Origin: an uncultured Porphyromonadaceae bacterium
Lineage (GTDB): Bacteria > Bacteroidota > Bacteroidia > Bacteroidales > Muribaculaceae
Direction: 5' to 3'
Assembly: GCA_947177595.1 (NCBI GenBank)
Contig: CAMWUZ010000001.1
Span: 1 to 40,822, forward strand
Length of the DNA stretch: 40,822 nt
Shown here piece by piece: positions 1-9,777 of this stretch (position 1 is the first letter of the stretch; each line of letters begins with the position of its first letter). The position numbers and the translations under genes were made by a program. A model generated the notes under the pieces. That model was not told where the DNA came from, ran no database searches, and saw only the letters and a program-made list of their open reading frames with translations.

Positions 1-1
1 C

Positions 2-109
2 TTCTATGACTATCACCTGCCTGATAGACCCGCCAAACTCAGCGTCAGAATTCATAAGAGCCGCAATAAACAGCATTACTACGAAATCATTAACCCAAAC
101 AAGATATGA
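2..109 (+). CDS. 3' end of hypothetical phage protein (partial; FYDYHLPDRPAKLSVRIHKSRNKQHYYEIINPNKI*)
   Basis: Open frame from the window edge. Its TGA (107-109) overlaps the next ATG (106-108) as ATGA, suggesting translational coupling. Confidence 0.65.
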   Translation, partial: FYDYHLPDRPAKLSVRIHKSRNKQHYYEIINPNKI

Positions 110-486
110 CTGTACTCGTAAACAATCGCAAACCGGATGTGTCGTTCTACAAAAACGGACGCATTGACATCTGTGCCAAAGTAGCGCGACAGCTGAATCT
201 TGAGCATGGCGACATCATTTCACTCGCACAGGACAAAGGCGAGGTTTACCTGTTTATAGCCAATAAACACTCCGACACCAATTCTGCTCGCTGCACCGGA
301 CAATGCTTCCCATCAAGAAAAGGATCTCGTAATTTCCGCTCACAATCCACGCGATTATGCAGGGTGATGCTCGATATCTGCAAGGCAACATCAGCGGCAC
401 TCCTCCCCGCCGGAACCCCGCTCAACGTTCCGAGCCTCGGAATCGCTATCCCCCTCATCACTCTCAATAATCTTGCACAAAACTAA
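106..486 (+). CDS. hypothetical phage protein (126 aa)
   Basis: ATGA overlap with the upstream ORF and 5 nt before the next gene. Confidence 0.8.
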   Translation: MTVLVNNRKPDVSFYKNGRIDICAKVARQLNLEHGDIISLAQDKGEVYLFIANKHSDTNSARCTGQCFPSRKGSRNFRSQSTRLCRVMLDICKATSAALLPAGTPLNVPSLGIAIPLITLNNLAQN

Positions 487-491
487 CCCTT

Positions 492-3467
492 ATGCCGGAA
501 ACAATCGTATTCAACGGACTTACTACCGACTCGCCCGACGGATATAATCCCGAAGGCGAACTTTCTATTTCACACAACGCCATATTCGAAGACGGAGCCC
601 TCCGCCCTATCCTCCCGCCTGCAAGTTTCGGACTTGACACCCGTGAGGATGAAGACCTGGTATTTATCCACCGAAGCGCATCCTTTGACCGGGATCACTA
701 TATCATATTCCGGAAATCCGACTCCACCCTCCACTACTATATCGGACCCATATTCGAGCCATCAACAAAACTACCTGAATATCCGGCGACACCCAATCCG
801 CCCGATATTCCAATAGCACCCGTCACCCAATCCGTCACAGATAAACCTGAGCCCCCACGGTTATCTGCAATAACGCCAAGCCCCGTAAACGGCTTCCATG
901 CCATAACATCCGTCGGAAACACCCTTGTCATAACCACCGACTCCGGTATAGCTTACGCCGTCTGGAGAAACGATAAATACATATACCTCGGCACATCGAT
1001 GCCGCAAATCAGCATTGAATTCGGTTTGGGTGAAGTCAGCAGCAGGATTCGGCGCAACGTTCAGTGCGAATTCTCTTATACCCGACCCTCCGACTATTGG
1101 ATTACCAGAGATTATATACCTTGGAGTAAGGATGAGTACAACAAAAAAGGGCTTGATGAAGTCCTCGCTAAAATTCTACCGGATATTAATAAATATATCA
1201 CATCAAAAGGACGATTCTACCAGCCTTTCTTTATCCGTTATGCCCTGAAGCTCTACGATGGCTCCTACGCACAACATTCCGCACCGGTGCTCATGTTACC
1301 TACAGTTGGCGTTCCTGTTGTTAAAATGAACTCTCATACCTACGGTAAAGACACTCTTTCATTCAGGTGCGATTATCTCTTGTTCCATTATGCTCTCCTA
1401 TATAGAACTCTTGCTGCCGAACTGCAAAAACTGGAGCTGTGGAAAGATATCGTCACAGGGATAGACTTCTTCATCTCCGCACCGATCTATACTTACTCAC
1501 AGTCACTGCCCCCTACCAGAGATCGTCTCACTATATATGAAGATTTAGCCTCAATAGCCCTGGAATATACCCCGGACAACCCTGATATTGACCCCGATGA
1601 AGCACCAAGCAGAGGAGACGCAGATAACCTGCCGCCGGATTTGTATTATGGAACATTCTGCGGAAAAGACCACTTCTTCTCTAAGTCCGACAATCTCGAT
1701 ATCTTCCCTTTTGAGCGCAACCCTGTATTTTTCGATGAAATAACCTCTTGCTCCCAATTCTATTATTTTGCATCTATCGCGCCCGCTGATATTCCCGTTG
1801 AAAGCACATTCTCCCCGATACCAATCAAACCCTCGGATCTTGACCTCACCAATCTGCAGATAAGGCAGACACTTAAAGACGATTACCTTTCTCGCCACTC
1901 CTTGATAGCAGAGAGCATGCTCACATACAACAATCGCCTGCAGCTTACAGGCGTCACCTTAAAACTCCCCGCACCTTACCCGCTCAGAGCTTCTACCCAG
2001 TATCTCTCTGCTGCTATAGAACCGATTGCCAAATCGCAATATCCCTACACTGTATATACCTACATTCCGGGAGATAGCACAACATCACTACCCTATTTAG
2101 ATATCCTTGCCAACCCATTCCTTCATAAGACCATAGCCCCTGAACGCGAAGCCCGTGTCATAACAGAAATCTCCGTCATATGCGTCAAGGATGGAAAAGA
2201 ATTGAAAACAGTTCTATTTTCAGCTGATTTCAATAACTCGAACCCCGACCTGTCTCCGGTTTTTCTCGCCTGGGATATGCGCTCTTTCCCTCGTTGGCTA
2301 TACTATCCCGACGCTTCCGCTACCACTATGATTATCAGAATAGGAGATGGGGGTGACGGTTACGCCTATAAACTCCCCTTGCGCCAACACCCCACCCTTA
2401 ACGGTGCCTATTTTTTCAAAGGATTCCACCCCGACTCCACCATTAAATATTTGATAAAAGACCCGGGCACACCAACTGTCAAAGACACCCTCAGCCAAGC
2501 AAACAAAATCTACACTTCAGAGGTCAACAACCCTTTTGTATTCAACCCGCAGGGCATCAACACTGTCGGATCGGGATGCGTATTGGGAATAGCTGCCGCT
2601 TCACGCCCGCTCTCGCAAGGGCAATTCGGACAATTTCCGCTCTACGCGTTCACCACAGAGGGCATTTGGGCGCTATCCGTCAACGAAGTTGGACTATACT
2701 CCACCGTGCAACCTATATCTCGTGAGGTATGCACCGACAAGAAAACCATAACACCGCTCGATAGCAGCGTCGTGTTCATCAGCAAAAGGGGCGTTATGCA
2801 TATCTCCGGCGCCGAGGTTGTCTGCATAAGTGACAAAATCAATAAACCCGCAACCGACATCATACGCATAAACCCGCCCGGCTACGCTAACATCACTATT
2901 CCGCGAAACTTTCTGGAATGGAGCGAAAATGCTTCAATCGCCTACGACTATGCGCGCCAGAGACTCATCATCATTAATACCAACTCGGATATAGCTTTCA
3001 TATACTCCCTCAAAAGCGGAGCTTGGGCTACTATGGACTCCCCATTCATCGCACCGGTCAACTCATACCCGGACACACTCATCAAAGGGCGCTCCAAAAA
3101 TGGAGCTGTCGAGCTATACAGCATGGACTATCCCGCCGCCGAAACGGCAAACGTACTGATAGCAACCCGACCATTCTGCTTCAATGAACCACACCTGCTC
3201 AAAACAATCCGCGCACTCCTCATCGACGCGCATATCAAACCCGCTGAAATTGTCAAACCGTGGAATCTTGACATCGCTTTGACCGCATCAAGAGACCTGT
3301 ACCACTGGCACACAATTGCCGAGAGAACAGGAAAGGGCATTCGCGGAATATCCGGAACACCCTACCAATATCACTCCATATATCTGCATGGAGCACTCGC
3401 GCAGACTGACTTCATTGTCGGGGCATCAATAGAAGCCGTCACCAAATATACACGCAAGCTCCGCTGA
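492..3467 (+). CDS. large virion protein, probable tail nozzle/stabilisation protein (P22 gp10 / T7 gp12-like)
   Basis: 991 aa, beta-rich; C-terminal half (NKIYTSEVNNPF...GQFGQFPLYAFTTEGIWAL) looks propeller-like. Function inferred from size and podovirus context. Confidence 0.55.
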   Translation: MPETIVFNGLTTDSPDGYNPEGELSISHNAIFEDGALRPILPPASFGLDTREDEDLVFIHRSASFDRDHYIIFRKSDSTLHYYIGPIFEPSTKLPEYPATPNPPDIPIAPVTQSVTDKPEPPRLSAITPSPVNGFHAITSVGNTLVITTDSGIAYAVWRNDKYIYLGTSMPQISIEFGLGEVSSRIRRNVQCEFSYTRPSDYWITRDYIPWSKDEYNKKGLDEVLAKILPDINKYITSKGRFYQPFFIRYALKLYDGSYAQHSAPVLMLPTVGVPVVKMNSHTYGKDTLSFRCDYLLFHYALLYRTLAAELQKLELWKDIVTGIDFFISAPIYTYSQSLPPTRDRLTIYEDLASIALEYTPDNPDIDPDEAPSRGDADNLPPDLYYGTFCGKDHFFSKSDNLDIFPFERNPVFFDEITSCSQFYYFASIAPADIPVESTFSPIPIKPSDLDLTNLQIRQTLKDDYLSRHSLIAESMLTYNNRLQLTGVTLKLPAPYPLRASTQYLSAAIEPIAKSQYPYTVYTYIPGDSTTSLPYLDILANPFLHKTIAPEREARVITEISVICVKDGKELKTVLFSADFNNSNPDLSPVFLAWDMRSFPRWLYYPDASATTMIIRIGDGGDGYAYKLPLRQHPTLNGAYFFKGFHPDSTIKYLIKDPGTPTVKDTLSQANKIYTSEVNNPFVFNPQGINTVGSGCVLGIAAASRPLSQGQFGQFPLYAFTTEGIWALSVNEVGLYSTVQPISREVCTDKKTITPLDSSVVFISKRGVMHISGAEVVCISDKINKPATDIIRINPPGYANITIPRNFLEWSENASIAYDYARQRLIIINTNSDIAFIYSLKSGAWATMDSPFIAPVNSYPDTLIKGRSKNGAVELYSMDYPAAETANVLIATRPFCFNEPHLLKTIRALLIDAHIKPAEIVKPWNLDIALTASRDLYHWHTIAERTGKGIRGISGTPYQYHSIYLHGALAQTDFIVGASIEAVTKYTRKLR

Positions 3468-3476
3468 TGCCACACC

Positions 3477-4004
3477 CTACCACGGACTCAGAGGACGGCG
3501 CACCGGACTCTGCAGACGCAGCACTATTGAACGCAAACGATCCCACAGATCCTCACATTTAATCCCCCACTTCTCCGCAGCTCTCGCATTGGATATCCCG
3601 AGCCATTCCCACAGCACCGTTGCTGTCATCAGCTCACGCACCAGAGCCGGTATTGACCGCACTGCCGCTGAGTGGCGGCGCAATACAATCCGCTTCACCG
3701 CCACCAACACCTCATATCGGTCCAACTCCTCATCAGGAGCACTTACCGGGCTGAGAATATCAAGGCAACGCAGCCACACAAGCTCCAATATACGTTCCAC
3801 TCGGTCAACATTACCCTCCTGACAGATATCCTGAATAACGTGCTTTACATGAATAGCATCCTCACCCACAACATCACCCTCGATATATCCCAGATTCGCA
3901 ATGTCATATAAAATGTCCTCTTTGCTTAGTTTCGTACGCACTATCTCCGTCTCTTTATCGGAATTGTCACCGCACTTGCACATCTCTCTTCCACACTTTC
4001 CCAT
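3477..4004 (-). CDS. hypothetical helical virion protein (possible head-tail adaptor/ring protein)
   Basis: 175 aa, last gene of the leftward operon; ends with RRPLSPW, similar to its neighbour's RRPFKP tail. Confidence 0.6.
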   Translation of the reverse strand: MGKCGREMCKCGDNSDKETEIVRTKLSKEDILYDIANLGYIEGDVVGEDAIHVKHVIQDICQEGNVDRVERILELVWLRCLDILSPVSAPDEELDRYEVLVAVKRIVLRRHSAAVRSIPALVRELMTATVLWEWLGISNARAAEKWGIKCEDLWDRLRSIVLRLQSPVRRPLSPW

Positions 4005-4012
4005 GTCTCTGT

Positions 4013-4531
4013 TTATTTATAGTTTTCCGGCTTAAAGGGGCGCCTTCGGGCATTAAGAATCCTTACGGTATTTTCAAGATATCCGGTGGCGCGACTTTGG
4101 TATCGCTCACTCTCTTCCGGCGCTGTCAACAATAGCCACTGTCCGAGTATGCTGTTCACAAGATAACCCTCGATACAGCTCTTCACCTCGTCGTTATATA
4201 GAAAACCACCGCTACTCTGATCCGAATCCTTCTGATTCTTGAAAATCCGTAGCTGGAGAGCAATGCCGCCTAACATCAACCGGTCCGTCTCATCATTTAA
4301 AGAACCTTGTGTTATAGCGAAATCTCCGCCATACTCCTTCAAGGCTGCTGTTATCTCCGGTAACGCGGTCCTGATATATTCTTCCATTAAAACCCCATCC
4401 TCCGATATCAGCGCAATCCTACGATAGCTCTCAGGGTCAGACTTCAATCTTTTTGCTCCGAGATACTCCGTCTCTAAACGTAGAAGAGTCTTGATTCCCG
4501 ATACTGAAATAACTATTGTTACTCCTTCCAT
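4013..4531 (-). CDS. hypothetical helical virion protein (possible adaptor/ring protein)
   Basis: 172 aa, tightly packed; same size and C-terminal pattern (W..L...A..Y...RRP) as 3477-4004. Confidence 0.6.
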   Translation of the reverse strand: MEGVTIVISVSGIKTLLRLETEYLGAKRLKSDPESYRRIALISEDGVLMEEYIRTALPEITAALKEYGGDFAITQGSLNDETDRLMLGGIALQLRIFKNQKDSDQSSGGFLYNDEVKSCIEGYLVNSILGQWLLLTAPEESERYQSRATGYLENTVRILNARRRPFKPENYK

Positions 4532-4653
4532 AATTCAAAAATTAAAAATTGAGTAAGTTATTGCAACTCCGGCAAATGGCTGAAACCCGTGCGGCGTATA
4601 GCCGTTTTTATCAGTTTGTCTTTCAGTGTCATAAAAATTATAAGTCATATATA

Positions 4654-5199
4654 TCACACAATAAATTTCCGGCGTACCCGCAAGAATACAAGCAAAACCG
4701 CCGCGAGCAATCCTCCTATGGCAATGCCTCCGAAGTCCATCTTGATCTTTTCCCATCTGCTTAACTCGCGCTCTACCGTCACAATGGATGGTATTGAATC
4801 TGATTTTGTCGCTTCAAAGCGTGAGTTTAGGGAGAAAATTGAATCACGGAGCATCTTATTCTCCACCTCCAGCTCTTTCTCGCGGTTGGTGGAGCGATAG
4901 ATGATTCTTTCGCGGTCATGCCGAGCCGTGTCGCCGTTCTCTTTAAGCACCACGACTTCTCTCTCTCGGTCAATAACCGAATCTGAGCGCACTTCTTTCT
5001 CGCGTCTTGATTCAAGGGATTGCAGAAGTCGCTTGTAAATAGCCGTTGTGTCAGCCTCCTTATACTCCGTCCGCACCGTTTCCACGGGCACATACTTTGT
5101 GGTGGTACAGCTGCAACAGAACGCAGCGAGAAAAACGAAGAATAGAATCGCATAGACAAGGCTCTTCACAAATGCCACAAGTAGCTCACGGTTGCTCAT
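4654..5199 (-). CDS. spanin-like lipoprotein (unimolecular-spanin architecture)
   Basis: N-terminal signal with lipobox-like Cys (LAAFCCSC), periplasmic segment and C-terminal TM helix (GGIAIGGLLAAVLLVFL-RVRRK). Overlaps the amidase stop by 4 nt. Confidence 0.7.
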   Translation of the reverse strand: MSNRELLVAFVKSLVYAILFFVFLAAFCCSCTTTKYVPVETVRTEYKEADTTAIYKRLLQSLESRREKEVRSDSVIDREREVVVLKENGDTARHDRERIIYRSTNREKELEVENKMLRDSIFSLNSRFEATKSDSIPSIVTVERELSRWEKIKMDFGGIAIGGLLAAVLLVFLRVRRKFIV

Positions 5200-5624
5200 A
5201 TATCAGCATACTCCTTTCTCGCGTCAAATGAAGGACACGCCTTCTTTGGATTGAAATCACGGTGCCCCACAATCTCAGCTTCCGGGAACTTAGCCTTTAA
5301 TTGGCGTAGTATGCCAATCATAGCTACCTTCTGAGCCGGAGTGCGGTTGTCAATGGGTGGAAGTCCCGGTTTGGTGGTATCTACCCCTCCGATGTAGCAC
5401 ACATTTATTATATGTGAGTTATGTCCGGCTACACCGTTGCTCGGCTGCTCGATAGGTACGGTATTGATGATTGTGCCGTCAGCCTCCACGATATAATGAT
5501 AGCCGGGAGTTTTCCACCCGTTCCCTTTCGGCTTCGGTGTTGTATGGTAGCGCACTATGTCCGCAGCCTTGTTCTTCTGATTTCCAGCCGTGCAATGCAC
5601 GGCTATATGTGTTATTTTCCTCAT
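5196..5624 (-). CDS. endolysin, N-acetylmuramoyl-L-alanine amidase (Amidase_2, T7 lysozyme-like)
   Basis: Motifs IAVHCTA, GYHYIV, VCYIGG, GHRD, KACPSF (Zn ligands His/His/Cys). Confidence 0.95.
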   Translation of the reverse strand: MRKITHIAVHCTAGNQKNKAADIVRYHTTPKPKGNGWKTPGYHYIVEADGTIINTVPIEQPSNGVAGHNSHIINVCYIGGVDTTKPGLPPIDNRTPAQKVAMIGILRQLKAKFPEAEIVGHRDFNPKKACPSFDARKEYADI

Positions 5625-5639
5625 GATTTACTATATTTG
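5608..5639 (+). promoter_or_regulatory. antisense promoter in lysis cassette (TGTG-N20-TATATTTG)
   Basis: Perfect -7 box at 5632-5639; one-mismatch -33 box at 5608-5611; 20-nt spacer. Confidence 0.55.
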
Positions 5640-5644
5640 TAATC

Positions 5645-5701
5645 GGAAAGTATATCTCTCATGAGGTATCTGAGTCGGCAAAGAGTTGTCGGCTCTTTTT
5701 T
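5645..5701 (+). ncRNA. candidate ~57-nt antisense sRNA between holin and amidase genes
   Basis: Hairpin ATATCTC-TCAT-GAGGTAT, then terminator stem GAGTCGGCAA/TTGTCGGCTC plus T6. The G-U wobbles only pair on the + strand. Confidence 0.55.
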
Positions 5702-6299
5702 AGTCCTGATTCATTTTGTGGTAAAAATCTATTTTTATTCTCTCATAAGTGGCATGAACATTCGTATAGGCGCGCCCGTGATTCACACTGTCGGCATACA
5801 CCTCACGCTCCACAACCTCTGCCACCCAGTCCACCCAATCATGGTTGATGTAAGAAGACAGCTTTTTACCGCGATATACGAAGCAGTCAAAACGGCTCTC
5901 CCGATCTTCATGCAGATTCTGTATCAGTGTCCGGATTTTGTGCCGTGTCGCTTCCTTGTCGGCGATATGGTTCTCCTCGCGCACCTTTTTGATGATACGG
6001 CACACCTTTTCTATAGCAAGGTCAAAATAAACACCCGTGGTGTGCTTTATCCTGAGCTGCGTCTCAGGCTTCAAGCCCTCGGATATATCCGTGAGCATAT
6101 CGTTCTGTCTCCGGGTTTCAGTCAATAGATCTTTCATCATCTGACTGTTTCCCTTAATCATATCGTCGATGATGCTCTTGAACCACCGGAAGCAAGCTAC
6201 CCAAAGCAATGCGGTGAGTACGAGGAAGAAGGCGGCAGTCACCGCCATCATCCCCACATCGCCGATATTCTTTGCTACTATATCTACCTCTTGTGTCAT
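5700..6299 (-). CDS. putative holin/antiholin-like membrane protein
   Basis: One N-terminal TM helix (MMAVTAAFFLVLTALLWVACF) plus a soluble domain; directly upstream of the endolysin. Confidence 0.6.
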   Translation of the reverse strand: MTQEVDIVAKNIGDVGMMAVTAAFFLVLTALLWVACFRWFKSIIDDMIKGNSQMMKDLLTETRRQNDMLTDISEGLKPETQLRIKHTTGVYFDLAIEKVCRIIKKVREENHIADKEATRHKIRTLIQNLHEDRESRFDCFVYRGKKLSSYINHDWVDWVAEVVEREVYADSVNHGRAYTNVHATYERIKIDFYHKMNQD

Positions 6300-6308
6300 A
6301 ATACCTGT

Positions 6309-8141
6309 TTAATCATCCAAAGTCTCGGGGATTACCGAATGTTGCTCATAAATAGTGTTGCCCGAATCAAACACCAGCCTGCAATACTTTCTGTTTAACG
6401 GATTTTGAACAGACCATATCTCAAATTCAGCCGCAAACAGCATTGGCGTACCATTGAAGTAATCGCAGTCATCCTCGCTTATTGGTACCGGACCCATTTT
6501 CTTTAGCTCTAAAGCATATCCGGAGCGAGTAGCTCTATGGAGCGAATTTATACTCCCACACTGCCATATCCGCCTCGCAGCAGCTAATTCCGTGGGGAGG
6601 TCAGCATTCGCTGTGCTATCTCTAAAAGTATTAAAACTGGGAGATACCAGTCCGCGGATTAACTGTGACAATGTGTTCTGCCACGATAATGAAATATAAC
6701 ATAACACGTTGCCGCGTCTGTCGAGTCGCTCCACGCTACCACCCGTGAGGCACATAGGAGATAAAAGCGAATCGGGAGCGCCATAATCCAGATTTTTATG
6801 CAGATATCTATCCGGAAAATAACTCAGGCAAACATATCTCTCGTTCACGATTTCAAACCAATTGAAATCATAACGTGCACCGGATTCAGGATGTACAGCT
6901 GAGATAAGCAGAATGGAGTACACTGAATAAGAATCATAATCAACATCCTCTCCGGTATCTGCGCCCGGAACCCACTGTTCTGTAAATTCTGCTATATCTA
7001 CAATCAGATGCCCGAACTCATCGCCAAGCTCCGGACAGAAGATTCTCTGTCCTTTTTTAAAGAGAATTGGTGACGGATCTCGGGTGGTAAAACAGTAGTC
7101 CCACCAAATATAAGAGTGGGTTTCTGAATAGGCAGCGCTAAATAGGATCGCTTCCTGGAACGGCAGACCAGAAGCAGCATCACACCATACTACCGGAAAA
7201 TAATCCATCCCATTGAAATCGTAATCCCTTAATACCACATTATTGCCAAAAAAACACGTGCGTTCATTTCCATGCTCATCAACCCAAAAGTGTGCGAAAG
7301 ATAACATATGTTTCACGCCGTCTGCATCGACGACCTCACAGCCGGACACCTGTCTGGCGTTATCATTTTTACTCCACGTCCCGTTTTCTAAACCATAGTC
7401 ATAAAGCACCTTGGTGACAAAAAAATCCATACCTTCAAGGGTTACCCTGCTTCCCACCCTAAGAAGATGTTTATCTACTATGGATATGGAATTGCCATAC
7501 CACTCTTCTGCATAATCCGTGAAGGGGATATACATTGGGAATGTATGGCTGCATAGGCGTATGACGTTGGAGTCAAGAGTCCTCAACAGTCTATTCTCTT
7601 CGCTGAAATGATACAAAATCCTGTTGCCGAGCTCATCGATAGTGATAAACCACTTGTAATACTCATTTATCAAGTCACCGGCAATGATAGTCTCCTCGTA
7701 AGGAGTGGTATCGGAAGGCGCAACTAATTCACCCAAATTCCACTGGTTACCTTCACCTATTATTATATTCCCGTTCTCATCAAACCATCCAGAACCGTCA
7801 CCAAGATTCGTTATCCAATATCTTATTAGCTTATCCCCGTACTTTAAAATACAGGCATCAGGCTTATCAACTACAAATAACAGATTCCTACTTGCATCGT
7901 ACGGATCGCCAATGGCACATCCCAAAACAGTTATCACCTTTGGCTCTCGCTCCTCCTTTTTCGGCGCGGCTATCCTCCCCAGGTCAAGTTTCTGACTCGC
8001 CCCCTCGTTCAGCACCTCAACCATCAGCCCCTCCGGAGATACTTCTTCGGGCACATCCGGTAAATCGCCCACCTGACAACCGTTCTCGTATGCTGCCAGC
8101 ATATTTAAAAGTTTCTTTTCTTGCTCTTCTGTAAATGCCAT
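6309..8141 (-). CDS. putative tail-associated/receptor-binding protein (610 aa)
   Basis: In the tail operon; short N-terminal anchor-like segment followed by an acidic, aromatic-rich, more AT-rich body. Confidence 0.5.
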   Translation of the reverse strand: MAFTEEQEKKLLNMLAAYENGCQVGDLPDVPEEVSPEGLMVEVLNEGASQKLDLGRIAAPKKEEREPKVITVLGCAIGDPYDASRNLLFVVDKPDACILKYGDKLIRYWITNLGDGSGWFDENGNIIIGEGNQWNLGELVAPSDTTPYEETIIAGDLINEYYKWFITIDELGNRILYHFSEENRLLRTLDSNVIRLCSHTFPMYIPFTDYAEEWYGNSISIVDKHLLRVGSRVTLEGMDFFVTKVLYDYGLENGTWSKNDNARQVSGCEVVDADGVKHMLSFAHFWVDEHGNERTCFFGNNVVLRDYDFNGMDYFPVVWCDAASGLPFQEAILFSAAYSETHSYIWWDYCFTTRDPSPILFKKGQRIFCPELGDEFGHLIVDIAEFTEQWVPGADTGEDVDYDSYSVYSILLISAVHPESGARYDFNWFEIVNERYVCLSYFPDRYLHKNLDYGAPDSLLSPMCLTGGSVERLDRRGNVLCYISLSWQNTLSQLIRGLVSPSFNTFRDSTANADLPTELAAARRIWQCGSINSLHRATRSGYALELKKMGPVPISEDDCDYFNGTPMLFAAEFEIWSVQNPLNRKYCRLVFDSGNTIYEQHSVIPETLDD

Positions 8142-8157
8142 AATTTATATTCTTCGT

Positions 8158-9183
8158 TTAACCTAATCTGAGTCTATTGTTACCTGTAAGGCGTATGCCA
8201 CCGCCGCATGAAAGACGCATCACCGGCTCACGGACAGTTATCTTTACAGTCTGATACAATCCCACATTCCCCACCGGTATGACGTGTATGGAGCTCTCCC
8301 CCGCATGATTCAGCTTTATCTTGCCGTCCGGAGTAACGCTCACCGCACCGTCATCACCGATAAAAAGAACATTCTGAGCAGCCTCGGCTGGGAGAATACG
8401 CGCCTTGATGATAATCTCACGCTTGTCTCCCAGAGTCAGACACTCCGGCACTGCACACTCAAGCGCTCGCGGCACATACATCACCTGTGCCTGAATCTGC
8501 TCTGTCACGTCACGGCATTCACCTGCCGCTTCCTTCGCTTCATCCGTGGCGGCATCAACCGCCTTCATCCGCTCTGCATAAGCCTGTGAGCGTGCATCCT
8601 CAGCCTCACCTCTCGCCTCTTCCGCTTCCTGCCTCTCCGCCTCACTTACTTCGCGCGCCGCCTCATTGATTCCGCGCTCACGCTCCGCCTTCTCCCGAAT
8701 CGCTTCCGCCTTTACCCTCTGCAGCTCCGCAAATGAGCGCTCACCCTCTGCAGCAGCAAGATCCGCTTTTATGGTGTTGAGGTCACCCGTTGCACTATTC
8801 GCCTTTGATGCGGCACTATTAGCGGCATTTGTCGCCGCTATTGCCTCCGTGCGCTCTTGCGCCATCTCCACAACTGCCGCCTCCGCCTTTGAAGTCGCTG
8901 CATTCGCCAGAGCGGCTGCCGCATTCGCCGCCTCCGCTGCGCTGTCGCACGAACCTATAGCCTCATCAACCCCTTTACGCAGCAAACCTAATGGGGCAAG
9001 CACGTTTTTCTCAACCCCGCCAAGATTATAGCGCGCAGGGAGTGAGGTGATTCCCTCAAGGGTTGTCGTCTCCTCTATCCTGTCGATCGCCGTGCCATGA
9101 GTCCGCAGATACTCAATAAATACCGGCGCGAGACGGGCGCATAGCGCCTCAAGCTCTATCTGTCCTGTCTGTATCTGCGCCAT
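8158..9183 (-). CDS. tail-associated coiled-coil protein with C-terminal Ig-like (Big_2-like) domain
   Basis: Ala/Glu-rich coiled coil; C-terminal AVSVTPDGKI...GESSIHV...TVKITV beta-sandwich pattern. Confidence 0.6.
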   Translation of the reverse strand: MAQIQTGQIELEALCARLAPVFIEYLRTHGTAIDRIEETTTLEGITSLPARYNLGGVEKNVLAPLGLLRKGVDEAIGSCDSAAEAANAAAALANAATSKAEAAVVEMAQERTEAIAATNAANSAASKANSATGDLNTIKADLAAAEGERSFAELQRVKAEAIREKAERERGINEAAREVSEAERQEAEEARGEAEDARSQAYAERMKAVDAATDEAKEAAGECRDVTEQIQAQVMYVPRALECAVPECLTLGDKREIIIKARILPAEAAQNVLFIGDDGAVSVTPDGKIKLNHAGESSIHVIPVGNVGLYQTVKITVREPVMRLSCGGGIRLTGNNRLRLG

Positions 9184-9187
9184 AGAG

Positions 9188-9463
9188 TTAACCCTCTTTT
9201 ATTTCTTCTACGCAGCGGGGAACTGACTCGTAAATCTTCTGAATCTCTTCCGATGTCATATCGCTCACCGGCTTGAGAGAAGTTACGAGATAGTTGCTTT
9301 TATAGTCAAGAGCTACGGTGCCAACCTCGGTGCCGCTTTTCACGATCTTGCCGTAAATGTTTACCCCACTGCTGTCAGCCGTGCGGGTGAAACGTATCTC
9401 CACACTCTCGGTTATCTTCTCCGGGTCATAGCTCACAGTGCTGTTTTCACTTGATTTCTTCAT
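9188..9463 (-). CDS. small hypothetical phage protein (91 aa)
   Basis: Tightly packed in the tail operon; A-rich translation initiation region. Confidence 0.75.
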   Translation of the reverse strand: MKKSSENSTVSYDPEKITESVEIRFTRTADSSGVNIYGKIVKSGTEVGTVALDYKSNYLVTSLKPVSDMTSEEIQKIYESVPRCVEEIKEG

Positions 9464-9479
9464 CGCTTTAGTTATTTAA

Positions 9480-9770
9480 TTATCCTTCTATCAAATCTAC
9501 TATTTGCCCGTATGCCCCGGCGGTAAACGTATCGGCACATACCTTTTTTATAAATGCGGCTTCCTCGGTCGTCAGATTCACCGCGTCCGGACTGTCGCTA
9601 AATCGCCGGCTCAGCGAATAGGCTCTGTACTTCTCGTCTGCCGAAACACATACACCATCCATCTTGTCAAGATTGAATAGCCGCGTTGCTATCGCTGTCC
9701 CTATGTTCGGCGACGACTCCAGGGGATTACCCGCCCCGTCTGTAAATGCTTTGTTGAAGTTTACTGTCAT
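9480..9770 (-). CDS. small hypothetical phage protein, possible tail fibre chaperone (96 aa)
   Basis: Directly follows the fibre gene; VNLTTEEAAFIKK motif. Confidence 0.7.
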   Translation of the reverse strand: MTVNFNKAFTDGAGNPLESSPNIGTAIATRLFNLDKMDGVCVSADEKYRAYSLSRRFSDSPDAVNLTTEEAAFIKKVCADTFTAGAYGQIVDLIEG

Positions 9771-9777
9771 AATCTCG

